Positions 1-9,676 are shown, counted from the stretch's first letter. The stretch is DNA of 57,277 bases from Oligoflexia bacterium (GCA_903881565.1 CAIRTR010000045.1:1-57277); one strand, 5' to 3'. Notes: generated by a model not told the origin, from the letters alone. Translations and numbers: made by a program.

Positions 1-312
1 CTGATTCACATCCGACCCTTCAGTTTTGCCACTCGTGTGCTGGCTCAATGTTGAATTGGTTTCGGAGGTAAACTTCGACTCAACTTTCGAATGAATGACT
101 TCGGCAAGCGCGCGCTTTGCGGAGGCCGAGGCTTCTTCGAGCGATTTTCCGCTTCCGACACCGGTAAGGTAGGAGTTCCGGTTCCACTTTTCGGGAAGGT
201 TTCCAGTGATCCATTGGGGTTTGTCTTTTGAATCGGCGAGAGATTTAAGCGATCCCATGGGGGCAATTGCTAGAAATAGAAAGATACATCCTATAGTCGC
301 AGTCCTCGACAT
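1..312 (-). CDS. Secreted LPP20-like protein, runs off the window start (not in ORF track)
   Basis: Manual translation MSRTATIGCIFLFLAIAPMGSLKSLA-DSKDKPQWITG...YLTGVGSGKSLEEASASAKRALAEVIHSKVES; signal peptide; PxW...GVG...A...AxxxLA pattern typical of LPP20; AGGAG SD upstream. Confidence 0.65.
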   Translation of the reverse strand, partial: MSRTATIGCIFLFLAIAPMGSLKSLADSKDKPQWITGNLPEKWNRNSYLTGVGSGKSLEEASASAKRALAEVIHSKVESKFTSETNSTLSQHTSGKTEGSDVNQ

Positions 313-449
313 ACTCAGCTCCTCTCGAAAAAAAAAAAACGGGTGGACTGAGACTATCAGAAGCTCGAGGTGTTTCAACCAAAACTCAGACAATTAGGGG
401 GAGCCAAAAAGTTGACGCTGTTGGCACTAACTTTGCTCTAGGGCTCTCG

Positions 450-712
450 CCAAACTAAGCGGCAGTAGATGGAACTACCTCCCTTCTTCGCAAAAAGAAA
501 GGAGGTGATCCCTATGAAGAATAATAGAACCAACTATTATATTCATCGGCGAGACCTGGAAAAGCTAAAGCAAAAAACCTGGACTCTCTGCGTCTTAGCC
601 AGGGTTTTGTTTTTTCTAGTGAATCTCGTGGACCACTACTTGAGACTGCAATGAGGAGGCCTCGGGCACAGCATTAACCGAAGGTACTCATGAAGAGAGC
701 CGCTTAGTTTGG
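450..712. repeat. Perfect 14-bp long-range inverted repeat flanking the small ORF
   Basis: CCAAACTAAGCGGC (450-463) is the reverse complement of GCCGCTTAGTTTGG (699-712). Confidence 0.9.
514..654 (+). CDS. 46-aa basic/hydrophobic peptide, candidate type I toxin
   Basis: Strong SD AAAGGAGGTGA (498-508), ATG at 514; MKNNRTNYYIHRRDLEKLKQKTWTLCVLARVLFFLVNLVDHYLRLQ with one hydrophobic C-terminal segment. Confidence 0.55.
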   Translation: MKNNRTNYYIHRRDLEKLKQKTWTLCVLARVLFFLVNLVDHYLRLQ

Positions 713-1027
713 TTTTCGGACTACTTTCCGAATATCGGACACATCTTACTTTTGATCAGAAGCTGTTAAAAACGATATCCAACCTGAGCCACGACATTCA
801 CAAAATTAGTTGCCGAACTTGTGATCTCAAAGGTTGAAAAATATAACCCTGCCCCAAAAGTGGCTCTAGATGGTTGAAGAGCGCGTTGCCTGCCTGGCTG
901 TAGATTTCTTCGGTTTGAACTAAGTCCCAGGCGCGAACCATTGCAATTCAGGCCACCTCGAGTTGAAGTTGATCAGCCAAACTGACGGGTTTGAGTTTAT
1001 CTCTCCAGAATGTTACTCAGACCTCAC

Positions 1028-2254
1028 ATGAATAAATCCCTAAGCTCCCTCCGAAAAATCGTCTCCCAAAAATGGGGCCTGATTTTCTTTTCGATCATGA
1101 GCCTCTTTTCACTCGCCAGGCTCCTTCATCAAACGGCGCCCGGACATTACCGCGTCTTTACTCGAGCAGCCTTGAAACTTTGGGCGCAACAGAATGCTTA
1201 TGGCAGTGACCTCGGAACCGGCGTGGGATACTGGTTTTATTCCCCCACCTGCGGAATGCTGTTTTTCGGACCCTTCGCCCTACTCCCTGAGCCCGTAGGA
1301 CTTGCGCTCTACATGATGCTCTCTTGGGCGATGCTCACTTGGGGTATCAAGCGTTTTCTAAAATCCCTCGCCCCTTTCAAAATCAGCGCTCGAACTGAAA
1401 ACTGGTTTTGGTTTGCCCTGACCTCTCAGATGGTGGGCGCGATTCTCGCAAGCAAAGTCGAAATCTTTATGGTGGGCGGACTACTGCTGAGTTGCGCTTG
1501 GCTGCTTGAGGGAAGAAGGCTGCAAGCCGGAATTTTTCTTTCCCTGCTCTTAAATTGGAAATTCCAACCTCTCCCATCCCTTCTCTTGTTAACCCTCGTC
1601 GTAGTATTTCTAAGAAAAGACTGGAAATTTCCACTCACCCTAATCCTCGGCTGGATCGGATGGAGTCTCCTCCCCCTCCTCTATCTTGGAAAAACCCTTT
1701 TCCTTGAAATCCATTCAACCTGGAGTTCAACGTTTAGCTCCTTTGTTCATGAAGGATGGAAGGACTTTGAGAACCTCTTTGCATTCATGCAGAACTCCTT
1801 GGACCTCTCCCTTACTTATCAAGACACCCAGATTCTATCGGTACTTTTCGGAGTGGGGTGCGCGGCAGTGCTGAGCTTCTGGCTTCATCACCACAAAAGC
1901 CAAGCCGATTACGCCCTCAAGGGCGGAACCCTGCTTGCGTTGGCTTTAGGCTCCACCTTTATATGTATCTTTTCGCCGCTGGGTCAGAACAACGCCCTGA
2001 TTCTATTCACGCCCCTTTTGATCGCGGGATTCTTTAGTTTTGACTCGGCCAAGGGCACCCTGCGCGAAGTGTGGCGCTTGGCTCTGCTTTGCCTCTGGGC
2101 AGTGATGACGCTCCCTTACAGCGACCTTGTACCCATGCAGGAGCGAGTCATGCTCCGACATTTTGTAGTGAAACCCCCCGGGATTCTTTTGTTTTCCGCG
2201 CTCCTCATGTCCCTCATATTTGGACGAAAGTGGCTCGTTTCACGCGTGGACTGA
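1028..2254 (+). CDS. GT87/DUF2029-like polytopic membrane glycosyltransferase (GT-C fold)
   Basis: Many TM segments; Y-S-P loop motif (WFYSP), K-x-x-P motif (NWKFQP). Start could be 1010 or 1028. Confidence 0.65.
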   Translation: MNKSLSSLRKIVSQKWGLIFFSIMSLFSLARLLHQTAPGHYRVFTRAALKLWAQQNAYGSDLGTGVGYWFYSPTCGMLFFGPFALLPEPVGLALYMMLSWAMLTWGIKRFLKSLAPFKISARTENWFWFALTSQMVGAILASKVEIFMVGGLLLSCAWLLEGRRLQAGIFLSLLLNWKFQPLPSLLLLTLVVVFLRKDWKFPLTLILGWIGWSLLPLLYLGKTLFLEIHSTWSSTFSSFVHEGWKDFENLFAFMQNSLDLSLTYQDTQILSVLFGVGCAAVLSFWLHHHKSQADYALKGGTLLALALGSTFICIFSPLGQNNALILFTPLLIAGFFSFDSAKGTLREVWRLALLCLWAVMTLPYSDLVPMQERVMLRHFVVKPPGILLFSALLMSLIFGRKWLVSRVD

Positions 2255-2284
2255 AACGACCGGCGGTGTTAGGGTTAGCTCATC

Positions 2285-2968
2285 ATGTTACTTGAAATTT
2301 CTGAGCTGAAAAAAACCTACACCCAAGGCAACCAAACCATTGAGGCCCTCAAAGGCGTCTCGCTTACGATTGATCGAGGCGAGTTCGTGGCGATCATGGG
2401 TCCCAGCGGCTCCGGGAAAAGCACCCTCCTTCATTTGATCGGGGGATTGGATCGAGCCACTTCTGGCAAAGTGCTCATTAACCAGCAAAACCTGACGCTA
2501 CTTTCAGATCCAGAACTCTCGCGGTTTCGCCGACTGAAGCTTGGCTTTATTTTTCAATTCTTTAACCTTCTCCCTACCCTGACTGCTCTTGAAAATACGG
2601 CATTGCCGCTACTCTTGGATGATCAAAAACTCTCTCAAGTCGAACCTCGCGCTAAAGCCCTGCTCGAGCAACTAGGATTGAAGGGCCGATTGGATCACAC
2701 CCCTGATCAACTCTCAGGTGGAGAAATGCAAAGAGTGGCCATCGCCCGCGCACTTGTTTCCGACCCTTTGCTCATCTTGGCTGATGAACCCACCGGGAAT
2801 CTCGATAGCAAGACGGGCCTTGCGATTCTTGAGCTCCTCTCGAAAATGGTGCGCGACCAAGGCCATACGGTGATCATGGTGACCCATGATCCCAAGGCAG
2901 CGGAGCACGGTACGCGATTGATCAAGATTCGAGACGGAGCCGTCGAAGAGGACCGCAGGCGTGCGTAA
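2285..2968 (+). CDS. ABC transporter ATP-binding protein, LolD/MacB-like
   Basis: GPSGSGKST, GFIFQFFNL, LSGGEMQRVAIARAL, LADEPTGNLD, VTHD. Confidence 0.95.
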   Translation: MLLEISELKKTYTQGNQTIEALKGVSLTIDRGEFVAIMGPSGSGKSTLLHLIGGLDRATSGKVLINQQNLTLLSDPELSRFRRLKLGFIFQFFNLLPTLTALENTALPLLLDDQKLSQVEPRAKALLEQLGLKGRLDHTPDQLSGGEMQRVAIARALVSDPLLILADEPTGNLDSKTGLAILELLSKMVRDQGHTVIMVTHDPKAAEHGTRLIKIRDGAVEEDRRRA

Positions 2969-5579
2969 TCTCCTCACTTATGTGGGCTTTCGGCATCTCA
3001 GGCGAAAACCCCTTCGAACCCTTCTCACGACTTTGGGGATCGCCTTTGGCGTCGCTCTCTATTTGGGGATTCGACTCATCAATGAATCCGTTCTCAACTC
3101 CTTTCAAGACACCATTGAATCGATCACGGGCAAAGCCAAACTGACCGTTTCAGCAGGCGATGCGGGTTTCCCAGAAGAGCGCCTTGAGATTATTCGAAAA
3201 ATCAAAGGCGTCAAACATGCTGTCCCTATGGTTGAATCGCGCGCCTACTTTGTAGGCTCTCTACACGATGGCGCCGAGAAGCCTGCTGAAACGATGATGA
3301 TCCTCGGAGTAGATCTTCTCCAGGAACAATCGGTCAGAACCTACAAGACCACCGATGAACAAGTCATTGATGACCCCCTGGTATTTCTCAATCAACCCGA
3401 CAGCATTATCCTCACGCACACTTTCGCAAAGGCTCATGGCCTCAAGATTGATTCCGTTTTTGAACTAGCGACCTCACACGGCAAAAGATCCTTCACCGTC
3501 CGCGGACTCCTATCGCCCGAAGGTCCGGCAAAAGCCTATGGCGGTGCCATTGCGATCATGGACATCGACGGCGCACGCGTGAGCTTCGGAAAAGAAGGCA
3601 AGACCGATCGCATTGATATCGTTCCTACTGAGGGGGAATCCCCTGACGACCTCTCCGTGCGTATCAAAAGCACCCTGGGACCGGGATACTTTGCCGAGCG
3701 ACCCGAGAGCCAATCCGAATCCATGGAGCGGATGGTAAAATCGTTTCAGGTCATGATCCGATTCTTCAGTACACTTGCCCTGCTCGTCGGAGTTTTTCTC
3801 GTCGCAAATTCGGTTAGCGTTTCAGTGGCCGAGCGTCGACGCGAGATTGGCACCCTGCGAGCCCTCGGAGCGACCCAAAAGGGAATTCTCGCTCTTTTCC
3901 TGGGCGAAGCCGCCTGTCTTGGTTTTTTGGGTTCACTCGCTGGAATTTTCATGGGTCGCGCTCTCGCAAGCGTCTTGGTTCAATTCGTCACAAGATCCCT
4001 GACTGCGCAGCTTTTGCAAAAAGTTGAGGTCTCCAAAATTGACTTTACTTTGACCTCCGCACTCATCGGGGTTTTGGTGGGAACTCTTGCCGCTTTTATT
4101 GCAGCCGTGATTCCTTCGTTTCGGGCCACGCGCATTCACCCGGTTGAAGCGATGAAACGAACAGAGGCTGCCGTCAGCCAAAATAGTCGCCTCACACGCT
4201 ACACGCCTCACATTGGATTTTTTCTGCTGAGTTTCATGATTGTAACCGTGATCACCGGTCTTGATCTTCGCTTTCCGGGCTTGCAACTCATTAATCAAGG
4301 GGCCTCAATGATCGGCGCGGCCCTTTTAGGCCCCGCACTTGTCGTGCGACTCATTCGCCTGAACATGCAATTATACCGAAAATTTTTTGGTGTGATTAAG
4401 ACCATTCCAAGATTGGCGCAAGACAACCTGCTTAGGAGTCCAGCTCGAACCGCAAGCAACATCACGAGTCTCATGTTCGGCCTTCTTTTGGTCATTATGA
4501 TCGCGGTCGTTAACCACAGTTTTCGGACCTCAATCGAGATATGGCTGGATCGCACCTTCAAAGCTGATTTTCTTGTTTCCTCAAATGGGCAAATCACCTC
4601 TTACCAAGTTCAACCGCTGGATGAGTCTGTTGGCTTCGAATTGGGGAAAATTCCGGGAGTCCGGACCGGACTCAACGGATCTGCCTACGCCGTGCGATAC
4701 ATCCACCTTCAATATCAGGGCAAACAAATCGGTTTGAAGGCCTTTGATGCTCCTGATCCCAAACTAGGTTATTTTACCTACGATCTCGCCGATCAGAAGC
4801 CTGAAAAAGCGGTACCCCTCCTTTATATGGGCAATGAACCGACGGTCATGATCTCGACTAACTTCGCTGCTCACTTCAATAAGAAAACGGGCGATTTTTT
4901 GGATGTCGAAACCCCATCAGGAATCATTCATCCCAAAATTGTAGCGATCCTTACGGACTTTGCATCCCCTCAGGGAGTGCTCTACATTGATCGCGAGCAG
5001 TACAAAAAATATTGGAAAGATCCTCTCGTGAGCGCTTTCGGCGTTTACGCCCAGCCGGGGGTTTCTCCTGACACCATTCGAAAAGAGATCGACAGCCGTT
5101 TCGGGGCCACGCGAAACATCATTGCGCGCTCAAACAAGGAAGTGAAAATCTCGCTCATGTCGGCAATCAATCAAAGCTTCACCTACACGCGCGCCATCGA
5201 AGCCGCCGCTTTGATCGTGGGCCTTATGGGACTCCTCAATACACTCCTCATCAGCGTCATGGAACGAACGCGAGAATTAGGAACCTTGCGCGCGGTTGGA
5301 ATGTCTAAGGCGCAACTCATCCGCATGATTCTCACCGAGGCGACGCTGCTTGGCGCGCTAGGCGCAGTCGCTGCAACATTTTTTGGTTCTTTAATCGCCT
5401 ACCTATGGATGACCCATAGCTTAACCCACACTTTAGGGTGGGTCGTGAACTTCTATTTTCCATGGAGCGCGATTCTTTCGACCCTACTGCTTGGAGTGGT
5501 CGTTTCTGGCTTTGCTGGGCTATATCCTGCCTGGAAAGCTGCTCAAATCCCAATATCGGAGGCTTTAGATTATGAATAG
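2961..5579 (+). CDS. FtsX/MacB-family ABC permease with duplicated domains
   Basis: RTLLTTLGIAFGVA; two ERxRE(I/L)GTLRA(L/V)G motifs; C-terminal YPAWKAAQIPISEALDYE; overlaps the ATPase stop. Confidence 0.9.
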   Translation: MRNLLTYVGFRHLRRKPLRTLLTTLGIAFGVALYLGIRLINESVLNSFQDTIESITGKAKLTVSAGDAGFPEERLEIIRKIKGVKHAVPMVESRAYFVGSLHDGAEKPAETMMILGVDLLQEQSVRTYKTTDEQVIDDPLVFLNQPDSIILTHTFAKAHGLKIDSVFELATSHGKRSFTVRGLLSPEGPAKAYGGAIAIMDIDGARVSFGKEGKTDRIDIVPTEGESPDDLSVRIKSTLGPGYFAERPESQSESMERMVKSFQVMIRFFSTLALLVGVFLVANSVSVSVAERRREIGTLRALGATQKGILALFLGEAACLGFLGSLAGIFMGRALASVLVQFVTRSLTAQLLQKVEVSKIDFTLTSALIGVLVGTLAAFIAAVIPSFRATRIHPVEAMKRTEAAVSQNSRLTRYTPHIGFFLLSFMIVTVITGLDLRFPGLQLINQGASMIGAALLGPALVVRLIRLNMQLYRKFFGVIKTIPRLAQDNLLRSPARTASNITSLMFGLLLVIMIAVVNHSFRTSIEIWLDRTFKADFLVSSNGQITSYQVQPLDESVGFELGKIPGVRTGLNGSAYAVRYIHLQYQGKQIGLKAFDAPDPKLGYFTYDLADQKPEKAVPLLYMGNEPTVMISTNFAAHFNKKTGDFLDVETPSGIIHPKIVAILTDFASPQGVLYIDREQYKKYWKDPLVSAFGVYAQPGVSPDTIRKEIDSRFGATRNIIARSNKEVKISLMSAINQSFTYTRAIEAAALIVGLMGLLNTLLISVMERTRELGTLRAVGMSKAQLIRMILTEATLLGALGAVAATFFGSLIAYLWMTHSLTHTLGWVVNFYFPWSAILSTLLLGVVVSGFAGLYPAWKAAQIPISEALDYE

Positions 5580-6378
5580 AATCAATTGGACCGGAATCTA
5601 CTTTCTTATTCTTGCGGTAATGTCAGCAAACGCTGTTGCTGGCCTCTCCGCAAAAGAGATCATGATTAAAAACGAAGACGCCCGAAAGGCCTCAGAAATC
5701 CAATCCTCGGCCGTGATCACAACCGGGGGAGGCGGCGGCGTTGAACGAGTCAAGCAATTCACCTGGTGGCGGAAACTCACAGCTGATAAAGTTCGCTACA
5801 ACACCATGACCCGGTTTCACTCTCCCGCTGAAGTTCGTGGCGAAGGTATTCTTTTTCTAGAGCATGAAAATGACCAAAACGACGTCATGATGTATTTGCC
5901 GGCTTTCAAGAAAATCAGGCGAGTGGAGAGTCAGCAACAAAGCGGAAGCTTCATGGGTTCCGAGTTCAGCTACGCAGATATTGCGACTCCGCACGTAGAA
6001 GATTACAAATATTCACTCATCAAAGAAATGACCTGCCCCGGTTTGAAACTTAAATGCACAGTCGTCGAATCCACTCCTGCAACCGACGCCGTAAAAGAGC
6101 GCACGGGTTACACTAAGACACTTAGTTGGGTGCGAGATGACAACTTCATGAGTGTCGCCGCAGAGTTTTATGGTACAGAGGGAACCTTGATCAAAAAGAT
6201 GACCGCAGGTGAAATCACTGAAGTCGATCCCGTTCAACACAAGTGGATGGCACTGCATTTAAAGATCGAGAATCTTAAATCAGGTCGATTCACCGTGCTC
6301 CAATTCTCAGATGTCTTGGTAAACAAAGGAATCGCGGATTCGATCTTCACCCAACAATATCTCTCAAGGGTGCCGTAA
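5572..6378 (+). CDS. Outer membrane lipoprotein-sorting (LolA-like) protein
   Basis: Signal peptide; RFHSPAEVRG, MYLPAFKKIRRV, SFMGSEFSYAD motifs. Confidence 0.85.
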   Translation: MNRINWTGIYFLILAVMSANAVAGLSAKEIMIKNEDARKASEIQSSAVITTGGGGGVERVKQFTWWRKLTADKVRYNTMTRFHSPAEVRGEGILFLEHENDQNDVMMYLPAFKKIRRVESQQQSGSFMGSEFSYADIATPHVEDYKYSLIKEMTCPGLKLKCTVVESTPATDAVKERTGYTKTLSWVRDDNFMSVAAEFYGTEGTLIKKMTAGEITEVDPVQHKWMALHLKIENLKSGRFTVLQFSDVLVNKGIADSIFTQQYLSRVP

Positions 6379-6381
6379 ACT

Positions 6382-7746
6382 ATGAAGAAGGCGAGTCATG
6401 CAGTTATTGGGGCAATCTCCTTGGTTTCACTCGGGGCTTTTGGGGCTGAGCCTTCCGCCGCGCCCACATTATCGGGAAAAGTCTTTACTGATTTCTATGT
6501 ACCCACTGAGAGTGTACGAGAAACTCCATTTAGACGCGTCTCTTCTTCCGCCTGGCTAGAGGGCAACTCTCGCTTAGGAACTCAAACCCAAGAGACGTTT
6601 TCGCACTTTAGCCTCGCGGCCGATCTAGCCGAAGCCACGGCCACCCAAGACACATCAAGCCAGCTTACCCTCACCCTTCGAGAAGCCTATGTCGGTGCTC
6701 ACCGGGACGGGTGGGAGCTGCGGGCAGGGCGACAGATCACTCCGTGGGGCAAGTCCGATGCAGTTAATCCTACTGATTTTCTATCCGCTAAGAACTACAC
6801 ACTTCTAAATCCAGACGACGAATTGCGACGAAAAGGAGGAACCGGAGTTCTCGTGAGTTGGACACCCCTCTCAGGAAACTCACCTTTGAATTTCACGGCT
6901 ATTTGGAATCCCATTTTCCCACAATCAGAGCTCCTGATTGCCTCACAGGTTATTCCTGCGGGCGTAAGCCTTTCTTCGACAGCCCAAACTCAGCCTACAA
7001 CCCTTTCAAATTCCGAGACCGCCTTCAAGGTTTCACTAAATGAGTCGGCGTGGGACGCCTCCCTCTCATTCTTCAGAGGCTGGAACCACACTCCTGAATA
7101 TAATGTTTCTGAAGTGACCCTTGCTCCACTCACGGGGGTGCCGAGTGTCACGATCGCGCCGATTTTTCATCGCGTGCGCGCTCTGGGTGGGGATGCCTCT
7201 ACCACGTGGGATAAATGGATTTTCAGAGCAGAAAGCGCCTATTTTTGGACCGAGAATAATGATGGATCCCAACCCTTGCTTCAGCCTAGCCACTGGGATT
7301 CTGTCATCGGCGTTGAACGCCCCTTGGGAAGCGACTTTCGAATTCAAACGCAATTCATTTACCGCGTTTCTCCTCATTTTGCGCCTGCTGAAAGCGCACG
7401 GTTTAGTTCCGGAAACCCAATACTGTCTTCTCCACAGATGGCGCCATTGGCTCCGGCCATTGCCAAGGCCAACGCACTTTTATTGGGCTACCAAGATCAC
7501 GCCCGCCCAGGCGCAACCCTACGATTGAGTTACACCAACGATCCTTCGGGAATTGAAGCCGAAATATTCGCCTTGGGAAATTTTGTAGGGGGAGATTATT
7601 TTATACGGCCTAAGATCTCTTATGCTTGGTCCGATGCCTTTCGCACCACTCTTGGCGCAGATCATTATGCAGGACCTGAAGATCGGCCTTTAGGCGCGTT
7701 GCATGGATATAATTCAGTATTTGGGGAAGCAAAGGTGTCTTTTTAG
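6382..7746 (+). CDS. Outer membrane beta-barrel protein (DUF1302-like)
   Basis: Signal peptide; LREAYV, LRAGRQITPWGKSD, NPTD motifs; C-terminal KVSF. Confidence 0.7.
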   Translation: MKKASHAVIGAISLVSLGAFGAEPSAAPTLSGKVFTDFYVPTESVRETPFRRVSSSAWLEGNSRLGTQTQETFSHFSLAADLAEATATQDTSSQLTLTLREAYVGAHRDGWELRAGRQITPWGKSDAVNPTDFLSAKNYTLLNPDDELRRKGGTGVLVSWTPLSGNSPLNFTAIWNPIFPQSELLIASQVIPAGVSLSSTAQTQPTTLSNSETAFKVSLNESAWDASLSFFRGWNHTPEYNVSEVTLAPLTGVPSVTIAPIFHRVRALGGDASTTWDKWIFRAESAYFWTENNDGSQPLLQPSHWDSVIGVERPLGSDFRIQTQFIYRVSPHFAPAESARFSSGNPILSSPQMAPLAPAIAKANALLLGYQDHARPGATLRLSYTNDPSGIEAEIFALGNFVGGDYFIRPKISYAWSDAFRTTLGADHYAGPEDRPLGALHGYNSVFGEAKVSF

Positions 7747-7858
7747 TCTCTTTTGATCGCCTGGCAAAATAGGCCGTCAATTTTCCGTCGCTCGAAAAAC
7801 TGAATTCACCACAAAATACCTCGAAACTCAGACCGGCCTACCGCCGATGAGATAAGAG

Positions 7859-9376
7859 ATGGGGAATACACCCAGGCTTTGCCTTGGCCTGACACTATTT
7901 GTGGTTTCACTTTACTCTACTTCAAGCGGAGCGGGATGCCTGCGTGATGTCCTTGTGAAATGGCAAACGCAAGGAGTGCATGATCTCAAAAACCTTGAAA
8001 GAGACGACCTGCACGCCCTTCCTCAAGATCAAATCATTGCAGCCGCCATGCACCTCAAAGAGATCAAAGGATCCAAAACGCTGCTCGATCGCCTCAAATC
8101 ACTTTTCACCTATTCGTCCGGCCCGCCTGCGGATTCGTTGCAAGCTTTCCTCGGACAGCGCAAATTGAAGGCGGAAAGGATCTATGGCCATCTCGAGAAC
8201 CATCTCGACCCCGCCCTAAGTTTAGAAGAAAACGTCACAAAATGGATCACTGATATGGACCTAAAATTCAAAGCAGGTGACCCGGTCGAACCTGAAGAGC
8301 TCCTGGCTCTGCACGCAGCTCTTTCGGAGTACAGTTTCAAGCAAGTCGAAAGTCTATTGCAAACCAACCCTGACATTTATGGATATGCCGCAATTGAAAA
8401 ATACCGTTGGAATCAAACGCCAGGCGCCCTTCACTCACTTCTGCGCTTCTATGATAAAAATATCCTGAGGAGCACAAAGCTCCTTCAAAAAATATTCGGA
8501 ACGGCGAAGGCCCCTATTGACTTGGGAAAGACCTCTTTTGGCCTGAATTTCGAAATCCTCAATGCGCCCAACCGCCATGGAACGGAAGAAGTCATCCAAG
8601 CAATGCTCGAAACGCTTCCCATTCGCAAGCTATCCGCGGATCCTTTCTTAAAAAGATTCTATGGAGCAATCGCAAACGGAGTTTTTATCAAAATGATGGC
8701 AACAGCCCTTGTCAAAGATCTCGGGAGCGTTGAAGCCAGGAAAATAATTGCGGAACGCTTCAAACTTAGCCATCTTCGAACCCCTCCTCCCTCTCCCTTT
8801 ACTCTTGCCGGTTTCAGAACAAAACTCATGGGAGACCTTATCCGTGATCCTGAGCTAGAAGCCCTTTTTAACAAAGGAAATCTGGATGAAGCGATGAGCC
8901 TAGCCCTCCACCGGTATGGCGCCCGTTACGCCTTGAACTTCTTGATCCTGAACACGATGTGCATCTATGGGGGCTACTCGGTCGCCACAAATCTCTACTA
9001 CGACGCCTTGGCCTCGGATGACGAAAAGATCCTAAAGCAAGCAAAGAGCTCGCGGATGTTTCCAGAGATTATCGATCAACTCGATTCCGGTAAAATCGAT
9101 AGAAAAACGGCGGCTCGTCAGATTCGCAAAACAATCCGAAAAGAAAGCCCAATTGCCGACATTAAAGACAAGATAGGCGAAACTAAAAAGGACGTTCTGA
9201 CTCTCGTCGACCAAGGAATTCTCGAGACACAAAGGCGAATTGATCAGGCTGATCCGGAATCTGAGAACCTCACCAAGAGGTTAAACGAGCTCAAAGCATT
9301 AAAAGAAAAGCTTCAGCCGAAAAATCGTCCTATTGGCAAGCAACCAAAAGATCAACCCATTCCCCATCCGAATTAG
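7859..9376 (+). CDS. Hypothetical exported/membrane protein
   Basis: 505-aa ORF with signal peptide, one internal hydrophobic segment and coiled-coil tail; no family recognised. Confidence 0.65.
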   Translation: MGNTPRLCLGLTLFVVSLYSTSSGAGCLRDVLVKWQTQGVHDLKNLERDDLHALPQDQIIAAAMHLKEIKGSKTLLDRLKSLFTYSSGPPADSLQAFLGQRKLKAERIYGHLENHLDPALSLEENVTKWITDMDLKFKAGDPVEPEELLALHAALSEYSFKQVESLLQTNPDIYGYAAIEKYRWNQTPGALHSLLRFYDKNILRSTKLLQKIFGTAKAPIDLGKTSFGLNFEILNAPNRHGTEEVIQAMLETLPIRKLSADPFLKRFYGAIANGVFIKMMATALVKDLGSVEARKIIAERFKLSHLRTPPPSPFTLAGFRTKLMGDLIRDPELEALFNKGNLDEAMSLALHRYGARYALNFLILNTMCIYGGYSVATNLYYDALASDDEKILKQAKSSRMFPEIIDQLDSGKIDRKTAARQIRKTIRKESPIADIKDKIGETKKDVLTLVDQGILETQRRIDQADPESENLTKRLNELKALKEKLQPKNRPIGKQPKDQPIPHPN

Positions 9377-9632
9377 CGCCCGTGCAACGAACATGACTTC
9401 CGGTAACCCATTCAAAGGTACAGGCGGTTTCATCGGCCTGTGCCCAGGAGGTGCAAAAAATCGAATACGAATTGCAAAGGTAGGGGCCACTTGGCCCGGC
9501 ACAATAAACCGGACAAACCGTCTCAGCGTAGCACTGAGAAAAGTTGGAGCCGGTTTCGGCACGGGAAATCGTAGACGCTGAGAGGGAAATTGCAGTTAGA
9601 GCCAAGACAACGGATAAAGAAGGGATACGCAT
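9330..9632 (-). CDS. Small secreted cysteine-rich protein (8 Cys)
   Basis: Clear signal peptide ending in SRA; 75-aa mature part with 8 Cys. Confidence 0.7.
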   Translation of the reverse strand: MRIPSLSVVLALTAISLSASTISRAETGSNFSQCYAETVCPVYCAGPSGPYLCNSYSIFCTSWAQADETACTFEWVTGSHVRCTGANSDGEWVDLLVACQ

Positions 9633-9676
9633 GCGGGCCTTGTAATCAAGTAAGACCCAGAAGTCAAGGATCCCTC

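Noticed and set aside
450-712. Retron msr-msd (a1/a2 inverted repeats)
   Set aside because: No reverse transcriptase nearby; the enclosed SD-led hydrophobic ORF fits a type I toxin mRNA better.
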